Counted from the first letter of the stretch, positions 1-12,155 are shown. The stretch: DNA of 64,000 nt from the human T2T-CHM13v2.0 reference genome, Homo sapiens (GCF_009914755.1 NC_060929.1); one strand, 5' to 3'. Made by a program: numbers and translations. The notes: generated by a model from the sequence alone, not told the origin.

Positions 1-1099
1 AGGACGTTTCCTTTTAATATCCCTTTGCATCTTAGGAATTCCTAAGCTGAGTCATTTAATCATCCATCTAGACAGGGCTTTGTGCATCTGGGGTCATCTC
101 CAGATGGTGCAGGGACTGCTGAGTCAAGGACTGGCTCTCGGGAAAAACCAGGGAGCTTTGCTGTCTCACAGTAATGGCAGCTTTTACTTTCTATCCGCTT
201 TTCCTATTCTTTGAGTTCCAGGAACGCAGGAACTCAGAACCCTTTTACCCTTTCTCTTACGGGCCTCCAGTGACCCTCATACTGGTGTCTCTGATTCATG
301 GGCCTCATCTTTGGTGTCTTGGTGAGGCCTGGGGAGGAAGGCTACTGGGTCTCCCACTCCAGCACAGTGCTCAGGGGCGTCTTTATGCCTGGCCCTTGCT
401 GGTGCTCTTCAAAGGCACTAGAGAAGCTCGGCTGGCCTCTCTCTGCTCCCAACCACAGCACGGGCTTTGCTGTCTCTTGGGTCCAGCCTCCTCTGTGACC
501 CAGGGAACTGATCGTAGGAGAGTTTGGTTGTTTTTCTTAAGTCCTCTCCAGAGCCCTGAAGTGCACTGAATGCATGCAATATTCAATTTTCACTCGGATC
601 GCAATCCAGGCTGTAATCCTTCTTTGAGGAGACAAAATATTAGGATGCGGAAATGGTAAATGGGCATGATAAACCAAACCCCCCTTTTCCAGACGCCACT
701 GGGAGTGAAGAGTGAATGTCTCCATCAGCCTACGGGTGTGTTTCATTAATGTTTCAACAAATTAATGACTAAATAAAAGTCAGCATGATAGCTCAGGCAC
801 ACATTTGTAATTCATATTAATGCCCCACCGCTCACTGTGCCAAATGCAGTAATGTCACTGTCTGCCCGTGTCAGCTGATGTCAGGACTTCTAGTGTAGCA
901 GAAGCCACGGGGCTTGGGGCAAGAGGGGTCCTCACACCACCCGCCATGCCTTGGGATAGCAGGCTTCTGAGCCCAGTGCGTCAAAACCACTCCCTGGCAG
1001 GTGGAGGCGGGCTGAGGCTCTCCTGCCTGTGTGGTCTCCTCAGGCATCTGGGTGTACCCCTGTCTGGCTTCCCACCCCAGGTCTTGGCTTGACTACCTT

Positions 1100-1600
1100 C
1101 TTCTTGCCTTTCAGGTCTGAGCTCAAACATCTCTTCCTTGGGAGGTGTCTCTTTAATATTTTAGTTAATGTTTTATATCACCTGTTACCCTATTTTAGTT
1201 TCTTCATATCGCTTATCTTTATGTCACATTATGTTGCTTAAATATGTATTTAATTTTAATTTTTTCTGCCTCCCTCCCCCGCACCTCCCAGCTCCCTTGC
1301 ATGTAGGCCCCATGAGTGTAGTAACGTTACATGGCTGTTCATGACTGGGTCTCTAGACCCCAAAATAGAAGAGTCTAGCACGATAAATATTTGTTGAATG
1401 AATGAATGCACGCACAGGTAAGGGGTAAAGGCTCTCCAGCCCTTTACCTTGGCTTCTCCTGAGCTGGGATTGTGTGTGCTTGTGTTCAACTGTAAGCTCT
1501 GTCAGGCCAAGGATCCTGTGTGTACAGTTCACTGCCACACTCGCAGTGCCTATAATACTGCCAGTACACAGTAGGCATCTACTGCATGAATGAATGAATA
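1100..1600 (+). mobile_element. L2 3' fragments (two termini, ~1408 and ~1600)
   Basis: gctcaaacatctcttcc...ataaatatttgttgaatgaatgaatg; tgtaagctc...catgaatgaatgaata. Confidence 0.65.
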
Positions 1601-2094
1601 AATCGGGAGTGAGAGGTGCTTCACTTAAACAATGCTCACATATATTTCAGAATCGGGCAGCAGCATGCCAATTTCATGTTTGGCAACTAGATTTTGAATT
1701 CCTTTTCCTACGAGACAGGAAGCACCTCACTGCCCTCAGACTGTCTCCAAATCCTGGCTGAGGGAAACCAGACAAGGGAAGAGAGAGGGTGGGGGCAGAG
1801 AAAGGTTCCTGGTGGCAGACGGCTCCTCTCCCTTCTCCTCTGTGATCTTCAGCACAAGCAGACACTAATCTCACACATGGTCCCATCTTTGATATCCCAG
1901 CCAGATGTTCTATTCGATAAATGAAACTAATTTACTCTGCAAGCAGCAGGCAACAGCTGAATCTGAGACTTCCCAGTCCTCATCCCCTTCCCGGTGGGAT
2001 GGGGCCAGGTGGGGGGAATATGTGCATCTGGTTACCTGCCCACTCAAATTAGGTAAACAGGTTGCATAGCTGCACGGAGAGGCAAAATATAGAC

Positions 2095-2460
2095 AGACTG
2101 ATCAAGAGTGTGGGTTCTGGAGCCAGACAGCATGGGTTCAAATCTTGCCTTTTCTACCTGTTACTGTGGACTTTGGATAAGTTACATTTTAGAGTAAGTA
2201 AATGGTTGAACAAAACAAGATTTTTTTTTGACATACTAACTCTGTGCCAAACACAGTTTGTGGTACTAGGGATACATCCGTGAACAAAACAGATAATAAT
2301 CCCTGTCTCGGTGGAGCTTAGATTGTCTGAGTTCTTCAGCTGTAAAAATGAGATGACAATATATTTTATATTTTAGGTTGTGGTGAGGACTAAACTTGAC
2401 AGACTCCTAGAACAGTACCTGGTACCCAGTCAATGCTCAGTAAACACTACTAATTACTGT
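2095..2460 (+). mobile_element. MIR interrupted by a reversed L2 fragment (~2195-2325)
   Basis: ctggagccagacagcatgggttcaaatc...ctgtaaaaatgagatgacaata...tagaacagtacctggtac...gctcagtaaa. Confidence 0.7.
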
Positions 2461-2872
2461 TTTACTGTACACGTGATCATCATTGGATGTGTTAGGAGGG
2501 AATGGGATCACTGTCCCCATCCTGCCTACTAAGAAGCATCCATAAAAGGCTCAAGTGACTTCCCTATGCCACACATGAGTGACTGACAGAATGAGGACAT
2601 TCTATACCTTCCTGCCGGCAGGGGTCTTGGAACCCCTGGTGGGTGAAGCTTTGGTTCCAACCAGTGGGCTGCCTATGGGTTTCAAAATCAAAGACAGGAA
2701 GGGCTATAGGATGGGGTGGATGTTTTCTTAGGACAATGGCCATGAGGGTGGTCTGGAGAGAAAGCCTGAAAATCAGCAGAAGAAAACGAGCTCTTCCCTT
2801 GGCAAGGCCAAGCGGTAATAAACACGCATCACCATCTCTCCTTACACCAGAAAGATAGCGCTGCGGTGGCAT

Positions 2873-2920
2873 GTGGGGTGGGAGGGGGACGTGGGGTGGG
2901 AGGGGGACGTGAGGTTGGAG
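2873..2920 (+). repeat. 18-bp G-rich tandem repeat, two perfect copies plus one degenerate
   Basis: gtggggtgggagggggac at 2873-2890 and 2891-2908, then gtgaggttggag. Confidence 0.9.
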
Positions 2921-3183
2921 TAGAAGATGCATTCGAATTAGAAGCCAATAACTGGGAAAGCTGCCAGGCGCTTAATCAATAAAAATAATGCATTTGGGTT
3001 GTAGAAATATTCCCCAAGATCAATTTCCCCTGAAGAAATATTTGTTTCTTTTACCAGGTTGCCACAAGTGTGTAAGGGAACATAAAGTCTTGATAAACAC
3101 CTCCTGAGAAATATGGTTGCGTCTCTCTTCCCTCCAGCGCCCCCCCTCCCCTCACCTCAGGCCCCAACTCGGGCCCCACTTAC

Positions 3184-3255
3184 AGCGATGTGAGTGATTT
3201 CAGGCCCTGGAAGGCATCTGGAGCAATATCCGATATCTGATTCTTGCTGATGTCT
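3184..3255 (-). CDS. SLIT3: SLIT3 exon 11, LRR of D2: (I)[23 protein letters not shown](L)
   Basis: 72 nt. Acceptor gttttcag|A, donor CT|gtaagt, phase 2-2. Translated by hand. The next exon was not found in 1-3183, so it lies outside the window. Confidence 0.98.
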
Positions 3256-5087
3256 CTGAAAACGTTAACGGTAAAGTCTGAGAACATGGCTCAAAGGTGC
3301 GATAACGGTCACTCCTAAGTGTGAATCAAGCATTTCAGACATTCAAAATGGTAAGGATTAATCAATCAATCAAGCAATTCATTTACTCATAGTGCAAGAG
3401 AAGGAGCTTAAAGAGCCTTCAGTTCAACTACCTCATGATAAAGTGCACCACATTTACATCACTCTTCTTGGTTTTCAAAGAATACTCACCCGTGGCATCT
3501 TCATCGGGACACGAGGCTGTGAACACGTGAACCATCACTTTGTAGGTGGAAAATTGAGCCCAGTCAAATTAGGGCCTTACGTTTCATTACCAAGCAATTA
3601 ACGACACAGATGAAACAGGAACCGGCTTCACCCAACCAACCACAAGCCAGGGTTCCTGTAGGCATCATCTTCTTGCCTCATGCCTCAGCAGCTGCTCATT
3701 TTTCTCCCAGAAAGTCCAGAGTCATTTCACCTCCCCAGTGACTTTTCCTCCCTGACCTGAAAGGAGCTTTTGAGCAGTGACTTAAGTCTCTGTCTGGTCT
3801 GGTGCAAACTCTAGGCTGTGTGATGTAAGCACATCCTGGGATTCTCAGGGGACGCCTTGGAGATGTGGGCTTGTCACTGGCTGGCAGTGTGTTCCTCATC
3901 TGGGAGCAAGTCCAGGGCATAAGAATGTCCCAGGCTTTGGATAATGAGAGCAAGAGGGATGCTGTGGGCCAGGAGGATTCTATTAATGCTGGGCCCGGGG
4001 TCTGGGGCAGCTAACCTGGCTTTGCAGGTGCAAAGGAATCTCCTCGACCCTGGCTCCTTCCCAGAGGCCCTGAGGCTGCTCAATTACGGGCATCCCAGTG
4101 ACTTCTGAGAACCTGGACACCAGCTCTTGCTAATGGCCCTTCACTGAGGGGAAATTCTTTCTCTTAGAGTCATTAGCTCAGGGATGGCCTCTGGGATCCT
4201 GTCACTGGAAGGAGAGATGCTCCAATTTCCTGCGACATCAAACCTCTCCAGTTCCTTTTCTTTAACAAAATAAATAAATGGGTCTTTGCTTTTGTGCAGA
4301 AGTGGGAGAGCTGGGATCTTGGAAGGTCAACAAGGAGGTGAAGAGAGAATGTGGAGAAAAAAAAGCACAACAGAGCAGATTCTTAAGCAATTGACTCCAG
4401 CGAAGCCAGACACTCCAGCCTCTTAAGCACATGCAGTGGGAATCTCTCTGAGCCTGTTTCCTTCCTTCTTCTAATAGATTTCAAAAGAACCATGCCACAA
4501 CCTTTGCTGAGGCCTCTACTTCCTCCCCTCCCTGCCTCCAAAGCCTGTACTTTGAACGATATTTCACAGGTTAAGGCTCTTCGGCACAGCTGTCTAGTTT
4601 ATCCCTTTAGCTGGCGAAATCACCTCCGACAAATCCGCAGATTGCACTCACAAACTCGTCAGCTTACACCGGGCTTTTCTTCCGCGCTCCGGTTTTGTTT
4701 AAGGGTCTTAACAAGCAAATACTCTGGATTATCCTAATCTCACTTGCCCTCAGCATGGCTGCCTATGCAAAGCATTCCAGACAAACACGAAGGATCTGTT
4801 TAGACTGGACTAGCGGGAAGGCCTGTGTTGTCTTTTTTTCCCCTGATTATGAATTGTCCCTTCAAGGTGCTGAGACCTCTAGTTGCAAGAGGAAGCTATG
4901 TGGCCAGCACGGAAACCCTCTGCTTTAGCTCTGGGAGGGCAAACTGGTTTTCAGTCCACAACTAGACTTCTGGACCCATCTCTCCCTACAGTATGAGGTG
5001 AGATGCCCCACGGTTTGGAGGTGCTGGAGAGTGGGAATTGGAGAAGTGATAGACAGTTTAGCTGGGAATTGACCTTGGTCACTTTGT

Positions 5088-5620
5088 CTTTTTCTTTATT
5101 ATTATAAAAACTGCATATTTAGGCTGGTTCAAAGGTAGTGAGTTCTCTCAATGGATTGTTCACAGTCAGTTACAGATCAAACTCCTTGTTCTACTCTTTC
5201 CTCCTTTTTCACTACTGTACTCAACTAGTCTTTTAAAAATGTATACATATTTGGTGTGCAACACAATGTTTTGATATATGCTTTCATTGTGGAATAGCTA
5301 AGTCAAGCTACTTAACCTATGCATTACCTCACATGCTTATCATTTATTTGTGGTAAGAACACTTAAAATCTACTCTCTGAGCTATTTTCAAGTATACGAT
5401 ACATTGTTGTTAACTACATTCACCGTGTTGTATAACACAATGGATCTCTTGAACTTACTTCTCCTGTCTACCTGAAATTTTGCACCCTTTGACGAACATC
5501 TGTGTCATCTTCATCTCTACCCCACCCTCACCCCACCGGCCTCTGAACATCACCATTCTACTTTCTGCTTCTAAGAGTTTGGCTTTGTTTAGATTCCATG
5601 TATAAGTGAGAACATTTGGC
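5088..5620 (-). mobile_element. Old L1 3' end (L1MA8/9-like), interrupted by the Y1 pseudogene
   Basis: Typical reversed L1MA 3'UTR text (gcattacctcacat, aacacttaaaatctactctct, ttagattccatgtataagtgag). Confidence 0.85.
5122..5234 (+). pseudogene. Full-length Y1 RNA (RNY1-derived) retropseudogene
   Basis: GGCTGGTTCAAAGGTAGTGAGTT...CACAGTCAGTTACAGATC...CTAGTCTTTT is colinear with the recalled hY1 sequence, about 11 substitutions in ~112 nt. Flanked by a degenerate duplication (taaaaactgcatattt / taaaaatgtatacatattt). Confidence 0.93.
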
Positions 5621-5917
5621 AAACTGCGTCTTAATTCTTAATTCTGCAAGAAGGAAACAGCAGCCCTGAGAGGTGAAGTACCTGGAGCCATAAGTGACTG
5701 GACACAGCCATTTGGGCACAGAGCAAGCATCTCAAGTCTCCTATCAGCTCAAGGCCCCCTCTGCTATTTTGTTGTGATGGAGGCACAATGCAGGGCACTG
5801 AGCTGGAAGGCAGATGGGAGATGGCTCCAGCTGCCCACTGACCTCCATGCATGACCCTGTCCCTAGCCACAGCAGCTGCTCCTAGAACTGATTCTGGGCA
5901 CTGGGATGACTCTTGAC

Positions 5918-6070
5918 CAGTGCTTCTCAAACCTCACGAGGGTGTAGATTAAAAATGCACTCCAGAGTGTCTGATTTGTAGGCTGGGGGTTGGGGCTACG
6001 AATCTGTATATGTAACACATCTCCAGGTGATTCCATGTAGGTGGTCCCTAGGTCATATACTTCAGGCCGC
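5918..6070. mobile_element. MER5-family hAT-Charlie MITE, degenerate
   Basis: cagtgcttctcaaac...gaatctgtatatgtaaca...ctccaggtgattc. Confidence 0.7.
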
Positions 6071-6408
6071 AATGTTTTAGAAAATGGTCTCAGACCCACG
6101 TTGGTCCTCTGGGGCTTATAAACTGGATGACCAAGAAGGGGTAGCTTTTCCAGACTGTTCAGAATAGAGGTGGCAAATTCAAGTGCCTACAAAGGTCATG
6201 CAGGGAATATAAGTGTGAGATATTAGGAAGTCCTGGAGCTTGTGGAATGAGTTGCTCTGCCTAAGAGCATGAAAGAGAAAAGAATTCCCAACACCCCATT
6301 CTGGCACAATAATAGATAGCCCAGGTGTCAGGCCTACCAGTCAGTTAACCAAATTTGCAAGACCGAGGGGCTGTCTCCAGTGCTTTCTACTGCTTCTCTG
6401 CTTTGATA

Positions 6409-6761
6409 CAGGTTGAGTATCCCTAATCCAAAAATCCAAAATCTGAAATGCTCCAAAATCTGAAACTTTCTGAGCACTGACATGACGTCACAAGTGGAAA
6501 ATTCCACACCTGACCTCATGTGACTGATGGATTGCAGTCAAAACTTCATATCATGCACAAAATTATTAAAAACTTTGTATAAATTACCTTCAGCCTATGT
6601 GTGTGAGGTATATATGAAACATAAATGAGTTTCATATTTAGACTTGGATTCCATTCTCAAGATATCTCATTATGTATGTGAAAATATTCCAAACTTTGAA
6701 AAATTCAGAACGCTGAAATGCTTTTGGCCCCAAGCATTTTGGATAAGGAATACTCAACCTT
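6409..6761. mobile_element. Tigger4/MER46-like Tc1-mariner-family MITE
   Basis: Terminal inverted repeats caggttgagtatccct ... aggaatactcaacct, with TA at the left flank; ~350 bp. Confidence 0.88.
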
Positions 6762-8249
6762 TTAGTTTGTACTTGGAATGTTTTTTATACGAAGGTAACC
6801 ACTAGGAATAGGCAGAGACAAAGCCATTCATTCAGAGAGAATTCTTTTTTTTCTCTCCCCCCTCCCCTTTTTTCTTTTCTTTTTTGGTAAGAGACAAGAG
6901 CAGGATGTGGTTCAGTCACAGTTGAGGGGGAAACTTCCTCCTGTTAGATATTAGGGATAAACTGGTCACGTATATTTAGGAAAAATTAGGGTTTTGAAAT
7001 CCATTCTCACCAGGGACCCTACCTCTCCCAAACCATTGATTGCACTTCAGTCTAGGTTTCTGAAGTTCCATTAGTCGAACATTTTTAAGTGTGCTCTCTT
7101 CTCTATTGCCATCCTCTTGGGGGAAAAAAAGGGCATCATAATAAATATCAGTAGCATCATAAGTGATCAAAAATTAAATTCACTTTCCAGGTCGTGACTG
7201 AGAAGGTCTTATGAATTTTGAATGCACAGATCATGGCAAGTCCAATAGGTTGGAGAAGGAACAGTAAAACATAGTCAAGCTTTAAATTACCTGGACTTCA
7301 CAAAAAATTAGAGCAATAACTTAAATCATGTAGGAGATATAGGTTGGGGCAGTGACTGAACTTGTCATTTTTCACTGAAATTACTATCTGGCTGCATAAT
7401 CAAGCTGAGCTTTAAAAATGAATTGGGGGGGGGATGCATGGAGAGCGGGCTGGGGAAGCAGGGACACCAGGAGATTAATGGCCCGAGGTTTTAAATATTA
7501 AGGCCTATATTTATACAGCTCCTCCAGCAGGAATGCTGCCAAGAGGAGGGAAGAAGTACGTGCTTCGAGCTGCCTCATTATGTTGGTTTCCACTTCTGGA
7601 ATTGCACCAGAAGAAAAGCTTGTTTGGTTTGGATTTCCAGGGAGATGGGAAGTTGGCTTCCCAAGATCTGAGGGTAAAGCCTACCAATGCCACTGTTTCG
7701 CAGGGATATTTATTTTTAACATAAAAGGAATCAGCAGACACTTAACCTCTTTACTGTGGGCCCTCCCACTCGAGGGAAAGCAATGAATCAGCCTCGTGTG
7801 GAAGGAAGAAGCAGGACCGAGTCCATGCATATTTCTACCTGACTCTCTCTTTCCTCTGTGGGAGGGTGAGGTGTGGGGGGATGTGAAAAGAGTAAGTGGA
7901 ATGAAAACAGCAACTCGGTTACTGGGCTCTACTAAATGATTTCTTAGCCTCAAAAAGGGAAGGAGTATCTGTGCAGAACTGATGGCAATGGTTGGGCTGT
8001 TTCTGAATCCTACTGTCCTCCCTGCAGAGCCCCCAGCTCTGAGTGACTCACAGAGCAGTGCTCAAGGTCGTCATGGGATGGGGAAGAATGATGACATTGT
8101 CACATGGTGGGGATGAGGGCGGTGATGCAATGGTGCCGTCCAGGCTGCTGTGGTGAGGGAGGAACAGCAGGGTTGGTATCACCCGGCACTGATGTAATGC
8201 AGTGGTGGAGTGGTGTGACTTACAGAGCTAATGGGGATGTAGGGGGTGC

Positions 8250-8716
8250 TCACATGTTGACCATACCCTCCGAGGCTTCTCATTTCATGCAGGAAGAACA
8301 GAAAGTCTGTACCACGTTAAAGGATGCATGTGATCTAGTACCAACTTTTCCAACACAAGCCCCATCCTCTCCCCTCACTTGTTCCACTCTTTGCTATTCC
8401 ACAAACCATCGACACATGCTCCCTAAGGCCTTTCACTTGCTTTTCCTGCTGCCTGGGACAGTCTTTCCTGAGAGCTCATGGCTCCCTTCCTTCCTTTCTT
8501 TAGGCCACCTGCACATAGAGACCTTCATAGGCACACCTACCTAAAAGACACCCTCCCACCATCACTGATACTCTGATTTCTGATATTTGTTTCTTTATTT
8601 TCTGCGTTCTCCCACTCGAATGCAAGCTCCGTGAGAGCAGACTTGGTTTCTGTTCACTGCTCTATCCATAGATCCTTGCTTGCAGCAGACATTCACTTGG
8701 TATTTGTTATATGAAT
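8250..8716 (+). mobile_element. L2 3' fragment
   Basis: ggcctttcacttgcttttcctgctgcctgg...gaatgcaagctccgtgagagcag...ctgttcactgctctatcc...tatttgttatatgaatg. Confidence 0.7.
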
Positions 8717-9129
8717 GTATGCCTGGTTGGAGGGATGTTGGTGACAGTGGTGTAGACAGCTGCGGGGCCACCATCACATCTCTGCTGAAACTCCTATTTT
8801 AGGTCCACATCACTGGAGCCAAGGGACAGTATAAATGGTGAAATGGATTTTCCAGGCTAATTCGTCTCTACCTCCCACACAGATAGTTTTACTTTGCTTT
8901 AGTTGGAGAGGCTCTTAGCGCTACATGTCCAAGCCCACACACCTCACAATCTTCAGGCAACACTTCCACATCTTACCTCCCAAGCTTAGGACAGCGTTCC
9001 AGGTCTGAAACAGAACTGCCCAGGAGGAATGGACATGGTCCGTCACCTGGACAGGTTGCCCACTACACATTGCAAACAACCCTGGAAATTGAAAACATTT
9101 GGGCCCATTTCTCCACAGGGGAAACTCAC

Positions 9130-9201
9130 ATTCGCTTCAGTTTCTTGTACTGGGTGAAGGCTCCTGCAGGGATGGCTTTGATGGAGTTCTGTTCTAGGCG
9201 T
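9130..9201 (-). CDS. SLIT3: SLIT3 exon 10, first LRR of D2: (I)[23 protein letters not shown](I)
   Basis: 72 nt. Acceptor tgtttcccag|A, donor AT|gtgagt, phase 2-2. Translated by hand. Confidence 0.98.
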
Positions 9202-11822
9202 CTGGGAAACAGAGCAGAGAAGAGTGAATTAACCATCCACCTGTCAACAAGTGGTCACTGAGGGCTACTGTGTTCTCTGGCCTTAAGGACAGGGAGGTCT
9301 TTTTTGTCACAGGTGCACGGTCTGGTTGTGGCAGACCAGACAAAACACTGCAGCAGTCAGAGAACTCAGGTCCTAGTACATGGAGCACCTGTCCAAGGGT
9401 CTAACTCTCCTTGGAGAAAGCGGGAAAGGATGATCTTTCCTTGAAGATTTTTGATTCTTGATTATTATAAACTGCTTTTGGCAGCAGCTGTCTTCTTCAG
9501 AGAAAGCTGTAGAAGTAACCAAGCAGAATGCGGAATAAGTCAAAGGGATAAAGAGAAGGAAGAGTAAAAAGAGATGGACCATGGGCCAGCAATGCTTATC
9601 TGTCATGGAACCATGTCACTACTCAGTTAAACAGTCAGCCACACTGCTAATGGGGCAGAAATGTCAATGGTTGACTTCATTTCTGAGCTTTTCCATGGGC
9701 TGTTTTAATACAGTGCAGGAACAGCCTTAACGTCTTTAGGCTCCCAGCCTGACATTCATCAAACTGGCTCCCTGACATCCTGCAAGGCCCAGGGGCCCAG
9801 ACTGGACCACTCCCCTGGTCTGCTGCTGGAATCTGTGCCTTTAACCTCTTATGGAGTTTCCTGAAATGCTTCCTCTCCTATTACTTTGAAAGCAACAAGA
9901 GACGCTGCAGGCCCAGGGCCCAGAACTTCCTTGGAAGAGAAGGGGCCGTGGGGAATGAGTGAGCATTTCCATTCTTTATTCTTTCATCTCTCAAATGACT
10001 TCCTGTCACCAAGAACAGGTGTGGTGGGAAACAGGCATGTGGGGGAGGTGGGGCGCTCTATTCGGGGTGATGAATGGCACCCTGGCCCAGGCTCAGGATC
10101 TCATCCTCATCCATCTCCCTTCTCTCCGAGGTGCAGGTCTTTTCATCACCCCTCATTTGGCCTTGATGCTCCCCAAACCCTCAGCTGGGAAGACACACAA
10201 AAAAGTGTGTGTGGCAGGGGATGTAGTGGGAGCAAAAGGGGTAGATGGGAGGAACGGGCTTCCTTGAAGCCTACAGCTAGTGGATGCACATTTCTGGCCG
10301 GGATGAACCCATTCATCTTGAAGAGTAATCCCCGCTGTAGAGTGGGGGAGACAGTCGTATTAATTTGTGCCTCTGTGATCTCATCTTCATTGGGGGAACA
10401 GAATATTTGTTACTGGAACTGCTAATGGAGCAGTTTGCCAGCAATTTTCCCATTTCAAACAACATCTCAGCTGCTAATGTGGAATGGTTTGTCAGGCCAA
10501 CCCATAACACAGACAAATCACTCTCCAGGCAAAAGGAAGGGGGAAAGCAGGGAGAAAGGGGAAAGGCGGGTGAGAGGAGAGAGGGAGTATCAGGACATAT
10601 CATTCTTGGCTGCCGGATGAATAGAGTCTACAAATGAGACTGCCACGATCTATTAACAATGCCTTTGTACCCTGCTGGAGGGGGGCGGGGAGTGCACTTT
10701 ACCGGGAGCACAGTCACAGGCCTGGCTAGCCTGCTCACAGAGAGCCACAAAAGCTTACCATAGGGTCTCAGAGACTGTGGGCTACTGGATACAGCCACCC
10801 ACAGAGACAGCAGACTTGAGGCAGCCTGCCTTGCCTGAGAAGTTCCAAGGACATGCTCATTTTCCAGCTGAGCATAGAGTTCAGCAGAGATTTCTTAGCC
10901 AAGGCAGCAGCTCCATGGATCTCTGGGGCTGCCAGTCAGGTGGTGCGTGCTCTCCAGGAATCCCGTCATTCACCTGCCACTGTGGCAAGAGATTTCAGCT
11001 GGATGATGCCTCCAGGGAAAGCCACTGTCTGTAACAACGGCAATCCCCTCAGTTTTTGCAAGAGGATCCACTGCTCCCAACTGCAGGCCAATGAGCCTAT
11101 GCAAGTCAGGCTAGCACTGGGTGTGAGGTCTGTGGGCTCTCTATGCAGTTCCTAATCAATTACCCTCCATCTTAATGATGGGTGCAAGAATTGAGGGAGA
11201 GACTAATCAAGGAACATGATGTGACGCTGGCCCCAAGGAGTCTGAGAATCTGATGAGAGAGACCAGCCCAAGAGCATCACAGAACCAAATTTTATTGCTA
11301 CCATAATAAACATCAAGAGCCATCATTTATGGGGTCTAATTGACTATGTCTATTATCTCTTTTAATCCTTCCACTTGTGAGGTAAACCATATTGGCCCCA
11401 TTTTGCAGATGAGGAAAAGAAAACCTAGAGGAATCAAATAGCTTGTCCAAAGTGACAGGGCCAGGAACGGGCAGAACTGATATCTCTGTTTCTATCCATT
11501 GGATATGCTGCCTCTATATATTTGTGAAAATGGAGGAACTGAAGGGGACTTTCTCAAAGTCACAGAACAGTTTAAGGGATTAGGACCCCAGGGCTCACAC
11601 ACAGAGACGTCATGCAGTCTCTGTGGAAGTAGGTATTCAGGGAAAAGCTGCAGGAGCCCAGAGAAGATGAAATATAGATGTGAATACACATAAGACATAT
11701 AAATGGAGTACAAAGGTGTGGCTTCCAAACGAAGAAAAAAGAATTCCAGGCTTAGCCTGTTAAGCCTGGCAGAGATCTTGCTCTGCATCCTGCACCCCTC
11801 ACACTTGCTCACTCTGGCTTTT

Positions 11823-12155
11823 GGTTTTCTTTTCTTCTTCTTCTTTTTTTTTTTTTTTTTTTTTTTAAGAGACAGAGTCTTGCTCTGTCACCCAGGCTAG
11901 AGTACAGTGGTGTGATCATGACTCACTGCAACCTTGAACGCCTGGGCTCAAGTGATCCTCCCACCTCAGCTTCCTGAGTAGCTAGGACCACAGGCCCATA
12001 TTACCATGCCTGGCTAATTTTTAACTTCTATTTTTGTAGAGAGAGGGGTCTCACTATGTTGGCCAGGCTTATCTCAAACTCCTGGCTTCAAGCAATCCTC
12101 CTGCCTCAGCATCCCAAAGTGCTGAGATGACAGGTGTGAGCCACCACGCCTGGCC
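11823..12155 (-). mobile_element. Alu (AluJ-like)
   Basis: Poly-T, then gagacagagtcttgctctgtcacccaggct...cctgggctcaagtgatcctccc (J-type diagnostics), ending gccaccacgcctggcc. Confidence 0.95.

Noticed and set aside
1-3183. Search for the next SLIT3 exon (VLYGNKITE...) and miR-218-2
   Set aside because: Neither the exon nor the miR-218 sequence (TTGTGCTTGATCTAACCATGT) was found by eye; both should lie further downstream, outside the window.
5095-5100. Sense-strand AATAAA from the L1MA tail in intron 10
   Set aside because: Hexamer only, with no convincing downstream GU-rich element, and 4 kb from the exon 10 read-through stop.
9886-10637. Cluster of 90-179 aa ORFs
   Set aside because: No homology recognised, no coherent splice signals, and antisense or intronic; expected by chance.
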